A stretch of 64,000 nt of DNA from Tubulanus polymorphus (GCF_964204645.1 NC_134029.1:1488001-1552000); one strand, 5' to 3'. Counted from the first letter of the stretch, positions 12,101 through 29,334 are shown. Numbers and translations are program-made. Notes: generated by a model not told the origin, from the sequence alone.

Positions 12101-15100
12101 CATCTACCAGCAATCTGCTAGACCTAGTAAGTCTATCAAACAACTGACTATAGAGAAACTTATTCATTTACAATGAAACGACGTACTATATTTATTTGGA
12201 CACTTGCTCTTCTCTCTCCATCATCTCCAACTTTCTCTCCTCCCTTCCTCTCCCCTCCGTCCGTCCCCCCATTATCCACACCTCTCTCCACCGCACCTTT
12301 CAATCTCCGGAGATTGAAATGTCATTCGCTTCCGTTTGGAAAAAGTTCGCTTAAGAACAATGCAACACTGGCACGACTCAAGAAAACACCGTGAGCGTAA
12401 ACTGCGAAGTCCACTGTCAGAGACAACGTCAAAATACAATATACAAAATACAATAATATTGTTTTGGTTGAACAGATATATATTTATTTAAACCCTTTGC
12501 TCCCGAAAAACAAAACTGACATTGACAATGAGAACTTTCATCTCAGAATTTGCATTCAGAGCGAGTAAATTCTGATGATTCGGGTATGATTTATCGCTGG
12601 AGTCTTTCAGATCAGGGTTGAACGTGGGTCATTTTTATGTCGTAATGCGAAATGCATTTATTTACCCACATATTATACAACAAATTATATTCAACCCGGA
12701 ATATAAAAACGCATCTCTATAAACGAGATAACCATATATTACCACCGACGTAGATAGATATAGCTGTGACAAAACTGCATAGATTCAAATACGCGTAGGA
12801 ATTATATTTGAAATGTCAGATGTTTACGAGGATGAGGTACGTACATATCGTGGCAATACCTAGTTAAGAGACTTGATTTAAAAATAGAATTCAACTCAGT
12901 CTTTAGATTTAGACTTAAATCTCGATTTTGAACGACGTCGGACCCGAATTTGTTACACGACAATCATGATGAGTTCAGGGCCTGTGTTTATATGGTGTTT
13001 GCGACTGGGAGCCTCGGTACTGTTTTCGTATTCATGCAATGTCCCCCAACCTTAAACCTTACCCTTTAACTTTTATTCTGGTTTAGGAATATCAATTCCG
13101 GATCACAAACTCTCTACCGGCCGCTTCTATCGGGTTTATAGGTTTAAAGCGTATTCTGGTCAAAATCAGAAGAGAATTCCAGAATCGCTAGAGACCAATC
13201 AAAACCTGCCTTTAAGATTTCTTTGAATTTCCTTTGTTCAACAGGCGACCAGCTCCGCACTGGACGAAGAACCGAAGACGCCCGATCAAAGTTTAGAAAG
13301 TTTGGACGATATCGACGAAGCTGAAAGTGGAAACGAAGGACATCATCACAGCGGACTGAAACGTAAAAAGAGTAAGAGATTACTGTTCTCAAACACGCGG
13401 CTGATGCAGTTTAAAACTCAGGAATGGTGGAACAAATCTATACGTCGAAGTACGTCGAAGTTAACTGTTGACATCGATCAGTTAGTTACAAATTTGATTG
13501 ACATTTTGTCTGATATGATATGAATTATTTTAACCTGATTAACTTTGATCGCATTTGATTTTTCAGAGCACTCTGGTCAATTGCCTAAACAAACTTTCAA
13601 TTCGTATTCCCCAACTGAAACGAAACCAGGGGTAAGTGTTCGGCCTTTACAACCACGTGGGATACAGTTCCACAGTTCAGAATCCAGTTCCGCAGTTCAG
13701 AATCCAGTTCCACAGCTGTGAGTTAAGATTTTACTGAGAGTTAAATCAACGAAAATGTACAAATTTCCGCTCAATAGTTAGTTGATTGTAACTGGAATTG
13801 GATAATAAGTTCACAGTTGACTCTAGCTCACACTGTGGAACTGGATCTCATGTAATAATGACTCGGATTGACAACATTTCAGGAATGCGATAATCCAAAA
13901 GATATTAACGCTACGTTCTCTTCATTCTATTATTACAGAAAATATTTGGCGCGCGGTTATGTGATCAGATAGAACAGTGTGGAGATGTATACGGTGTATT
14001 CATCAAACTGATCGACGCTATTGAAAACAGTACAGAAGGGTTAGAAAGTCACGGTATCTACCGTATAGGGGGCGCTATGCCCGTCGTGAAAAAACTGAGG
14101 GCTCTTATTGAAGAAGGTGCGTGTTTCAATGCGTTAATCATGAGGTCTTTCTTCAAACTAGGACTCAGTTACACAGGTTCTATGTTTCCAATCTCAATTG
14201 CTGTGGATCTAGGTTCATGGGTCATTTGCAGGACAGCCAATGCTTAGATTTAAGACTTACTTAAGCCTTATATTGTGGTTCTATAACGAATCTAACAATT
14301 TAAGACCAGTCTTCGAATTTAAGACTACGTAACATTTGACTCCTTAAGTCATGCAACCGAGCTCAGAGTTCACGGGCTCGTGGTGCAACGGACAAGAACC
14401 AAGCATCAAAGCGATAATCATTTTTGTTTGTAGATTTTTCGACTGTAGAATACGATGAATATTCAGTGACGGTTCTCACTTCGATTCTGAAATCTTTCCT
14501 TCACGATTTACCGGAAACGCTGTTGACAGACGATCTGTACGACGAGTTCATCACGACGGCCGAGGCTGAGTCCGATCAGCAGGCTTTATGCCTTACAATT
14601 GTGATGAACAAATTGCCAGAAACGAATCGAAAAATTCTCGACCATCTTTTGACTCATTTAGCGAAGTAAGTTGAATATCCGTAACATGAAATCTCGACTA
14701 AGGAAGAATAAAGAATTCGAAAAGTTTCCTTGGGCTAGAAGTTAATTCGCCGTTTCGACTATCATCTTCATCGGGATTCCTGAAGATGAATAAGTATGAA
14801 TTCCTTATGATGACTATTGCTATAAAGTCGAAACATCGTATCATTCATAATGTCAACGACCTCTTTTGGAGCCTGACTTTCTATCTTAGGGTTGAATATC
14901 CTCGTTACAAAAGGGACTTATGCGATGCTTATCATGGTGTTCACAATGTCATTCTAAGCACATATTCTTGACGAATTATTCATTTCATTTGACAGAGTTT
15001 GTTCGAAGATCGAGAAGAATTCGATGGGACCGAGAAACGTAGCGATCTGTTTCGCACCGAATTTATTAACGAAACGTCAAATCGATATGCAAGAAACGTC

Positions 15101-16446
15101 CGAGCACAACGACAAGTTAATCAAGTAGGTTTTATTAGAAATTTGGAAATATTAGAATTATCTAAGAGTTGTAACGGAGAGTCGCTTTTGAATAACATGA
15201 AATCGTTAGCTTGATCTGGTAAATTTCAGGTCAATTATTTACCTTATGAAGCTACTGCACTAGTAGTGAAAGCCTGTGATTTCTAATAGAATCAAGTTAA
15301 CCCTACAAGTACTACATGTTACTCATTTAATCGGGGATATCAATGTATATAGTGTTTGAAAGCCATACGTTTCGTTCCTGGGTTTGCGACACTAATATAT
15401 AATAGATTAAGAATTTTGGGAGGGGCTGTTTTACAGAACGACAGCGGTCTGAGGCGCCATTAATCATCGCAATAACGCAATACTAATGAAACTTTATGAG
15501 ATCATTTGGTCGACTACTAAATAGACCCCTATAACACGATGGTCTGGTGCTGCTATATTAGAGTATGGCGTTTCTTTATCGTGTCGTTTCTATACTTTTC
15601 AGAATCCTATCCGTGTTGATAGAGGATAGGCTACAAAAGTTAATACGAACTGGTGAAATACGTATTGAAGTAGAACAGGAAATCGTTGATGTGATGGAGG
15701 ATTTGTTACAAAAACTAGAGACAAATGAAATACTAGTAGAGGAGGGTGAACAGAGTGACGTTGATGGAGGTCAGGATCAACTGTCTCCTACCACTATCAG
15801 CGCTATTATTCTAGCGAGTAAAGCTATTCTGGACGATTACGAGAGTATGTTTAAGCCGAAACCAGACACCGAAATCATGTTCGATCTTTTCGATATCGTT
15901 AATTCGGAAGAAGAGGCCGTTGTCTCGAGCGACGATGGTGGCGCTGATGATATCGTCAGGGGTTTGTTGGAAGAGATTCTGGAAGCCGTCGCTGAAAAAT
16001 GCAATAACTGTGATTCGATATTCAAAGATGTGAACGGGAATAATGAGACATTTTCTGAATTGACTTCAGCAGTTTCTGACGTGAATCCGGCGGCCGTGCA
16101 CTTGTCGACATCTTCCGAACAGAGCGGCTCTAATTACGAGGACGTTTTGAATGATGATATTTTCGAGGATGCCCGCGCGCGTATTCGAGGTTACGAGGGC
16201 CCGTTATCGTTACGGGATAGTAACGAATTCAGTCCGTCATCGGTTTCGAGTTTATCTGACGTTTCGACGAGTGAGAAAGCGACGGTAATTAATGACGTAA
16301 AACCGATTGAAATCGAGTCGGATTCGATTAGAAATGTTACCGCCGGGGATATTCACGATATTCCAGTGACGTCTGATTCGCCGTCAGACGGTGAAGATGA
16401 CTTTCTAGATTGTTCAGATGATAAACTTTGTTTACTCAAAAATTAA
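6170..16446 (+). CDS. IQ motif + RhoGAP protein, myosin-IX-tail-like, no motor domain in window
   Basis: Phase-consistent GT-AG exons: 6170-6271, 7485-7598, 8328-8495, 9728-9906, 10149-10251, 11109-11254, 11563-11706, 11796-11877, 12001-12126, 13245-13449, 13567-13631, 13939-14116, 14434-14665, 14996-15124, 15603-16446. IQ motif AITIQRAVRKYIRR. RhoGAP: IFGARL...GLESHGIYRIGG (Arg finger)...LKSFLHDLPETLLT...HLAKVCSKIEKNSMGPRNVAICFAPNL. AATAAA at ~16851 and ~17081. Confidence 0.85.
10340..10520. mobile_element. Foldback/MITE-like intronic element
   Basis: Inverted arms ctagtgcattgtagcttcatc / gatgaagctacaatgcactag. A partial related copy lies at ~15246-15320. Confidence 0.55.
13701..13848. mobile_element. 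Short MITE family with (G)ATCCAGTTCCACAG...CTGTGGAACTGGATC ends
   Basis: TIR-like ends, with tandem duplication of the left end at 13661-13715. Similar termini at ~7694, ~31117, ~31700, ~32445, ~34940-35005, ~35125-35195 and ~48703-48810. Confidence 0.6.
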
Positions 16447-17447
16447 TTGGACGAGTCTTAAGCCTCCCCCGCTTATAGGAGCTCGGTTTATACACAAATT
16501 GGCGCGAGCTTCGGTGGATGTAACCAGCCTCTGGTAAGCGAGGATGCGAAACATCGATTGCCAGCAGAAATCAATGAATGAACGTCACTATCCCTCTCCC
16601 GACTAGGATTCGAACCGGAGGCGTCGCTACACTCAACGAGTCTCGATGCCATCAGGTTCGAATCCCCGCCGAAGGAGGATGAAACGTCGCCTCACATCGA
16701 AAGAAACGACCGTAGGTTTTGAGTGCAACATCCTGCCATCTGTGTGAATCCTTGCAATTACGCTGTGGGCATATCTCTGAAACGTGCTGTCACCTTGCAG
16801 CGAAAGGTGTAACTAATAGATGTACAGAATTACATTCCATGACATTGTACAATAAATCCATGTTAAATGTTTTATCTTTACCTTTGAAACCTATCTTTCC
16901 TGCTCTGAACATAGAAAAAATACAGCATTTATTCGACTTAATTTAAATGTATTCAGTCGAGGAGAGACTGAGATACAGTGTATATAGAATCCGTTAATTA
17001 GAAAATATTCTATATTTAATTATTCAATATCCTGTGCAAAATATTAAAATACGAAAATCTAAACGATATATAAAGAATTGAATAAATGAAATAATTCGAA
17101 TCATTATCAGTAAAAAGTTGTTTTTATCTAAGTTAGAAAGTTATCAATCAACAGAGGTCAGAATGCAGTTCAGGATCTATTTCCACAGCTTAGTTTCATT
17201 TTCGAATTCCAGTCGTTTTTCCAGTGATCCAAAACTAATTGATGAACTGAGGGGCGGATCCAGGAGTGGACTGATGCATGGTCCAGTGTCATTGGCGGAC
17301 AGTGCGTCAGGGATCTTTCCCCGAGGAAAATTCGATGGAGCCCGGGGATTTTGATGTTTTATGACTGTATGCGCTCAAATGAATTGGTGCTGATTTTCCT
17401 GGCATTTTTAGGGGTGCGTGTAATAGTGGGGGCTAGTGTAAGGCTGC

Positions 17448-17526
17448 CCACAGGTGTGTATGGGAGGTGGGGTAGGCCCACAGGTGTGTGGGAGGTGGGG
17501 TAGGCCCACAGGTGTGTGTGTGGGGG
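17448..17526. repeat. G-rich ~28-30 bp tandem repeat (~2.5 copies)
   Basis: Unit ccacaggtgtgt(at)gggaggtggggtaggc repeated. Confidence 0.8.
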
Positions 17527-18108
17527 GTATGATGAATGAGGGTAAACACGAAATACACGTTATTACTAACATAACGCGGTCGGTATAACAGTAAACTATA
17601 TAAGCCCTATCTCTATCACTCTCGACTCGCTATATTTTACCGTGCCATCCTTCATGTATATCTTATCTACGCAAAATGCTCTAACAAAAAACCTACTTAT
17701 GTTAGTAAATAATACGAGTGTATTCGCGCCAGTGGGGACGTTAGATTTCCTTACGGTTTCGCAGTCCGTATCGCGCACTGGCGACTCGCTGTCTGTAGTA
17801 TGAAGATAACAACTACAACAACGCGTGTCACCGTCATCCAGCAAAAAACGAAATAATTTCCGTCGACGGCAAAAAACGGCAACGATTTCATTCAATGATT
17901 TCATTCGAAAACGTTCTATTATTTGTGATTACTGGCGACTCTATTGTGTTAATTGTAAATAGAAAAATCGGAACTACAGGAAATACGCAGTGGTTCCACG
18001 AAACCGTCTGCCCAACGATCGATCGATCGGTCACGCCGTCGACTCTGACAATGATGAAATTGAAGAAAACCGCACAATACGAAGAAAATGAAGTCACAAT
18101 CGTAGTCA

Positions 18109-18278
18109 AAACGTCACTACTCTCTTAGTTTTGAGAATGGCTCATAGAATTGAGTCTAAACGTCACTGCTCTCTTAGTTTTGAAAATGGCTCATAGAATT
18201 GAGTCTAAACGTCACTACTCTCTTAGTTTTGAAAATGTCTCATAGCATTGAGTCTAAACGTCACTACTCTCTTAGTTT
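18109..18278. repeat. 49-bp minisatellite, ~3.5 copies
   Basis: Unit aaacgtcactactctcttagttttgaRaatggctcatagaattgagtct, with the same base recurring at 18112, 18161, 18210 and 18259. Confidence 0.9.
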
Positions 18279-20105
18279 CTCTACTGAAGTTTTTAATTGA
18301 ACTATGGACGTGGGAACCAACCACTGATACTTCGTAGTTATCGTCATCCTTTACTTGTGACCTGAAATCTATGTCAAAATACCATAAGTATTGCCGCCCA
18401 CGAGACGGTTTATCTGATAAGCTTCTAAAAGCGGGCGATTTAGATCGTATCGGAATCGGGGATCAGAAAAAAAGACTAACTTTTCGATGAATTGCGCTTA
18501 GATTTTTCAAGCTATTGTTCGCTCGCTACAAACAGATGGTCTGGATTTTACGAGTGTCGCAACTCGTGCCGATGGGTGACACCAGACGGATCAAGCCGTT
18601 CTGTCATTTTTGTGGATTTTGAAACTAGATTATTAAAACGGTATGTGCGTTGTATAGCGTTGGCCGATATGGTGACAAAATGACTTCAGACCGCTGTTCC
18701 CGTTAACATTTTCAGATCCCAGAGCCATTGAGTTCGCATGAAGCTCTCGCTAGTTAATTTCAAAAGTTTGGAACTCAATAGACTGTGAAATGAAACCGGG
18801 ATTCAATCCTAACACGCTTTGATTGACTATTTTTGCCACCAATCGTCTCAAAGATGAAAGAGTAAGTCGAATAAAACACTCCAATTCGTGTAAACTGCAG
18901 ATAAATGAAGACATCACATTTCAAAACGGTAGAATTTCTAAAAATGAAACCACAACGTTACGGCTGTTGACAAACACAAAAATCATCTATGACTCCTTCA
19001 TTTATCAAACGGTATATAAAGGTAAATCAGCGATGGCTTCTGATTCACGTAGTTTCAGTGAGAGATGATGCAGTAGTTTTAATCATCGAATCACTCACCG
19101 GAAAATCAACTCAATTCATCTGAGATAATCGATTCATGAGCGATGACATCGACGCCACAAATTGAAAAATTAATCACGATATCTTTAATCTCATCCGACC
19201 CCTCCCCTCTCATTCTCCTCTCCTCTCCTCCCTCTCTCAACATCTATTAACAACCAATAATAATTCACTATAACTTCCTTCTTTCAGTCTCAGCAGTGTA
19301 CAGGTTTACGTAGTTCCTCGCGGATGGAATCCATACTATCGCCACAATTTCTACATGGCACCGTATCTATAAACACCATGGCACGTCATTTTTAGAGTCG
19401 TATCATCGAGATGGATTTCTGCCACCCCGAGATCCACGGCCATGTTTGACCATATTTTCAATAATAATCAATGTAATCAACTTGTCGAAGATGATTACTC
19501 CAAGCATCTACTAAAATCAGTGCTTGAGAAGCGTGTTTGGATGTATTCCATTCTAAACAATAGTCGAAGATCCCGTTCTTTCAGTTCGAAAAAAAAATAT
19601 TGCCAATTATAAAAAGATATTAATACAAAACTGTGAATATATTTCGACATTTGTATGTTTTATTTTTTACAATAGAATATATATAATATATTTATATTTT
19701 TTGCCTATTTATAATATTATACATTTCTGGTCCTTACAACCAGTTTGATCACAATAAAGAAAATAAACGATTTATACATGTATTATTATAATATATTGAC
19801 AGCAGACATAATAAACATCGACGAACATTGAATTCTTATCATCAGTTTTCAATTCGAAGATAGTGTTTTGAAGAAAAGACTATTCAATAAAATATTACGA
19901 ATTAGAATTACTTTTCAGTCTAAGGAATTGTTTTTGTATACGATACAACCAGCAGATAAAGATGTATTAGAAAAATTGCTTGCTCTAATCTCAGAAGGTA
20001 AGGTCCACGCTTTCTCCACGCGACCTTGTTATACCCGAAATCCGAAAACCCACTCATCCCCACCGAAAGCGACACATTAAAAAGAGTTGATTAATTTCGG
20101 TATCA

Positions 20106-24603
<4,498 letters not shown>

Positions 24604-24879
24604 CTTTGAACACAAACCAGAGTTTAGAGTTTGATAACTAAAACACAACCGCGTCTGACAGCTATAACCGAGACTGCTATTATACTATTGAACGAGGTAC
24701 AAAGTGGTCCCAACTGCAAGTAGTCCGATATCATCACACTTTGACACCACCGAGTAAATTGCCAGGCTCAGACGACGCCAAACTGATTTTAAAATACTAT
24801 CCAGATTTAGAGGCAGTTTGCTTCGAAAAAAATAATCTGTCTCGCGCTGTTGAACGCTAAACGGAAGGTCTGCAATCGA

Positions 24880-24925
24880 TAACGACCAATTAGCTCCCTC
24901 GGCTGAGCTACTGGGCGGGGCTTGT
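24880..24925 (-). promoter_or_regulatory. Hand proximal promoter elements (CCAAT, GC box)
   Basis: accaat at ~24885 and gggcggggc at ~24913, about 300 bp upstream of the Hand ATG. Confidence 0.45.
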
Positions 24926-27068
24926 GGTTAGGTTGTTTATTTATTTGCGCCGCACAGTCGACGGTTTTATGTAAATTGTTTTGGTTTATAATGACTGTAC
25001 TGACGCCTACGGGGTTATCGTTCGTCGTCCTTTAGAATTCATTCATCAAACCGCGCACCGAAGACCACGAACTTCGGAGATCACATCGCGCGATAAGGGC
25101 CAATAAACGATAACTTCCGGGGCCGTTAAATCATTTGAATTACAAACAGAATTTACAATTCAATCATAACAATTCAAACTCCACAGTCTCCGGGAAAAAA
25201 AACACACAAATTAGATAAATTACGTCGTAAAGCAATTATCATTTTTTTACGTTATAGCATTCCAAAGAAAAAGCGCGTATTCAATATATATCGACGCGGG
25301 ATGAAACGGAACTGCGAAGGCATGACGTCACTGTCGCCCGAGGACACTTGGCAGTCGGAAGACTTGAAGTTCAACTTCTGCAAATGGAATATATTATTTG
25401 TCCTTAAATAACTACATATTTTGTATAGTTTAACAACTTGAGCTATCTGATCTGAGTTCTCCTTGGTTTAGCAGGCGGTCTCCCACATTGGCACATTTCA
25501 TCCTAGTAAGATATAAAACTGGGAATGAATTGTTATAAAGTTTGATGTTGTGGACTAAAAACGGCCGTCAGTTTCCACTGGTTTTTCTAATGAGCTTTCA
25601 TCACAGTTTTTAATGCCTCTGGTAACTGTACATTTCTCAGGTTGAGCTGCGTATAGGTCTCACTCGCAAAGATCTTCTCATTTTTGTATCTCGACGCAGT
25701 AGCAACTCGTGAATGTATTCGTTATTCTATATGTTTATCGTTTACTTAACTAATTAAGGCCAAACACATGTTAGAAATAGTTAAGCAGGTTTATATTCCT
25801 GACAGCTCAACAATTTATCCCAACACTTTTCACCGTCAGTCTTCATTATAACCAATAATCTATTTGTCATTTTTGAAGCGTGGTGCCAGAGATCGCGTTC
25901 CCTTCCACTATGGGGGGAAGCGGTAAGATCATTTGTCACTGGAAAAATGTGGTAGAGCCTATGGCGTTCTCGTGATGCGCAGTGAGGATTGAGAATGCCA
26001 CTAAATTTAGATATCAAATACTTTAATTACAATAAATAAGATTTGCAGTTTCGATTCAGGATTTGTCAACACTTTATTCAAACGCATCTTGTGCCATTTG
26101 ACGTAACTTTTGATGTGCAGCCCACGTGCGTGTGCCAGTGCGTCTATATTACGTAACTGGGTTTGGCGGGGGTCCCGCTGAAAGGCTTATTGCTGAAAGA
26201 GATATATCAATTTTGGCGGGAAACTTTACATCTCAGACTCATCTCATGATGTTTGAAATTCCTAGAATAGATTTATGTAACTTTTTGTATATACGTAATT
26301 TTTCACGCAATAAGTTTTTCTCTCTAAGTCTTTATCTCAGTTACATAGCTTTCGCAGAGGGTGGCACTCGGCAGCGAAATCATCTTTGAACAATTTATTC
26401 ATTACCTGAACCCTGTTTGAAGAGCTTTATAGAGTGGAGGAGGATTTTTTAAAATCTCGTTAAAAGACGGCGGTTGATATGATGTAAACAGAAGGTAGCT
26501 ATGCTGTAAATGTTTACGTGTGGCACTTAATCGTTTTTGAAATTGATGGTGCCAGAAATGCTTCACGCGCGTTCGCTCTTGTTATGACTACAGAATAAAT
26601 GTTATCATTTCGAGCAATAACTGTTTTCATAACGCCGCATAATATTAGACGGATTCGTCTGTTTCTTTTTTAATCCACGAGCGATTTTGCCCAGCGGGTT
26701 CGAATCCCGCGGTCGACTCGCATTTTTAGACGCGTTAAAACGAATATAATCGAATAAAGAATTATAGAATTAAAGAATAATTAGATTATCTATCTTTAGA
26801 AAACACAATTTTTTAAAACAATTTAAACAACTGTCAGTGCAATTTTAAAATGTCACATTTGAGTGAATTTCACCAATCCTTTGTTCAATGAAGCGATGTC
26901 ATGCGTTAAATAAGAAATTAGAATACAATCGTTCATTTCAGTAACTTTTTACTTTTAAAGACGCATTCAATCTAATGAATAATGATTATCGAATCCTTCA
27001 AAATAAAAAGAAAAATCCACTTTAATATATAGGGCCAGGGAAGGGATTGTCACCTCCTTTCTGTTAAG

Positions 27069-27176
27069 GATAAGAGATAACCTCAAGTGGTGGGATGGTT
27101 CGATAAAGGCTTTTGAGTGAATTTAATCCTCATGGGAGAATTTATCTAATAGAGAGGTGACCTCTAATAGTTTATC
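27069..27176. promoter_or_regulatory. Candidate GATA + NK2/Tinman enhancer upstream of Hand
   Basis: gataag 27069, agataa 27075, tcaagtg 27083, cgataa 27101, ttgagtg ~27113, ttatct ~27142 and ttatca 27171, all within ~110 bp. Confidence 0.45.
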
Positions 27177-29334
27177 ACACAGAATTTACTTGAACTCGAT
27201 CAGATCGTGGGAAGAACGATTCCCAGATTATAAATCATTCAACTTTAGCAGCAGTCAGCCTCCAATCCGGATTAGATCAACAGTCACCCGTAATCTTCAC
27301 ATTCAGAACGATCCTTTGTTTGAATTTGAGGGTCACGAAAGAATGGACCAGTTTCGACCGTTTTAGCCTGTGTCACCTAAACAAACTTTCTTTACCTATT
27401 TGATAAATCCTTCATGACACAGTTCGTGATCATTAGGAACATTCCATTCCCACTGTTCCCCATACGGGATTTTGGAGGGGTGTAACATTGTGGACGATAA
27501 ACGCTAAACTTCGGTCAGGGGCTTCGGGTAACCTCATAATAGTGAAACTGGAACCCTGGATAGTACTGACTCTTAAATTGCAATCAATCTCCGAAACTAA
27601 ACTCAAAACAACATGTATTTTATCTATTCATCAGTTTGTGGCAGTTATGAGTTTCTGTATGTTTAGGACACCTGGATATGAGATTAGGATTAATGTTTGA
27701 ACCCCGGTGCGGGTTATCGCTGAATGAACGCTAATTGAGCTCTATATAGATGCGGCCCGAGCGCTGATCACCTGGTAAATAGTCATTATCTATCTACTGA
27801 TATCTTCGAACATGAAAGTCTACACCAAGTTTCTGAAACGATTGCGATATCGCTTTATCCTAAACATTTATGCCTGATCTGTGGGAATGACGGCGGAAAT
27901 GTCGATTTTTCTGACGATAATCGAAAGAAACTGAATGGGAAACTATTGCGATCGCTTGAAATACGGAATTAATCCGTAATCTTGTAAATAGATGATGATT
28001 TTCTGTATAGTTGAAATCTCTATGTAGTTTATTTATACCTTCCAAGGTGAAAGTTTTATCTCCGTTCTCAGATTTGTAGTAATTCGATTCCAGACTCTTA
28101 CAATTTGAGTGATAAGAATCAGTGTCTATTACTACAGTTTCTAAACGTATAAAACTGTAGAAGCCCTAAAGAGAATTAACTAACATAATATCCATTTTAC
28201 GCGTTAATTTGGATCCAGCCTTAGTTCCCGGCTACTGCGCAGTGAGTCCTACCCAGTCTGTGGCCTGAGATCTTGAAATACCGATCTGCAATCTTGGCGT
28301 CTGAGGGAAGGTAAAATTCAATTTCCAACAAATCCGAAATAAGGAATCTTATCATACTTGAGCTTCGCTCGAATTCACTTCATCGAGTAGGCTACCGCTC
28401 CTGATTTTTTACTCTTACTGCGAAATATCAAAATTCACACGATCACATGGTGAAAGCTACATTATCATCATTACAGACAAACGATATTTTACGATTTTAT
28501 CCTTCGCATGTCTATTTCACCTGTGTTATCTTTCCGAATCGATTTCTTGAGACGTCGAGGAATAAATCAATGGCAACCGATAGGAAAATTAATAGACCAC
28601 AAAATAACCGGACTAAACGATTGCGTGATGTTCTCTGGAGGGATGATCTCCAGTTTCTACCGTAACCCAATCAGAGGAAGGAATCGCTGGTAACAATAGC
28701 CATCTATTTCCCATCATAAACAATACTGATAAACTGCTGATTTCCATCGAAAAATAATCTGGTTCGTGGCAGACGCTTTGACAGACGACAGATGACCTGT
28801 TCCAGTAGCCACAATCGCTGACCAGATTTCCGCTGCTTTCTGTCCACTTCATTTATTTCCGCTACTGGCTGATAATAATTATTCGGTTAATCTAACTTTG
28901 AGCAATAATTCAACCGCATCCGATTTCGGCTCGCAGCACAAGATAAGCCGATAGTGTCGGCATCTAGTGGAACCGAACGTAACTTATATTACAAGCGCGA
29001 TCGAGTCGCCACCTTTCGATTATAGCTTAAGCTACATTGTTAAAAACAGTATAAGATTGTTTTGAATGATCTACCGGGTAATCGATGGTTATTATAAGAT
29101 GTTTTTAGAGACTCATATGTAAATACACGCCAACAAAACTAAGGAGGTGCTTTGACCCCTATAATACATATCTCTAACATAATAAACTAATTAGCAAATT
29201 TTCTTTTTCGATTGTTAAAAAGAGGAATAGTTGAACAAATGATGACCAGGTTTTATAGTTTCTGTAGTGTTTCAAGAATTTTTCCAGGGGGTCCGGTCCG
29301 GTCCGGCACGCCATTACTGGTGTTATTATTGGTG

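Noticed and set aside
18109-18278. Regular repeats resembling a CRISPR array
   Set aside because: Head-to-tail 49-bp units with no unique spacers, in eukaryotic DNA with no cas genes.
24604-24648. N-terminal extension of Hand in the ORF track
   Set aside because: Non-ATG start; the conserved M.LVG start is at 24603.
26695-26712. gcgggttcgaatcccgc, a tRNA T-arm-like hairpin
   Set aside because: No A box, D arm, anticodon arm or acceptor stem.
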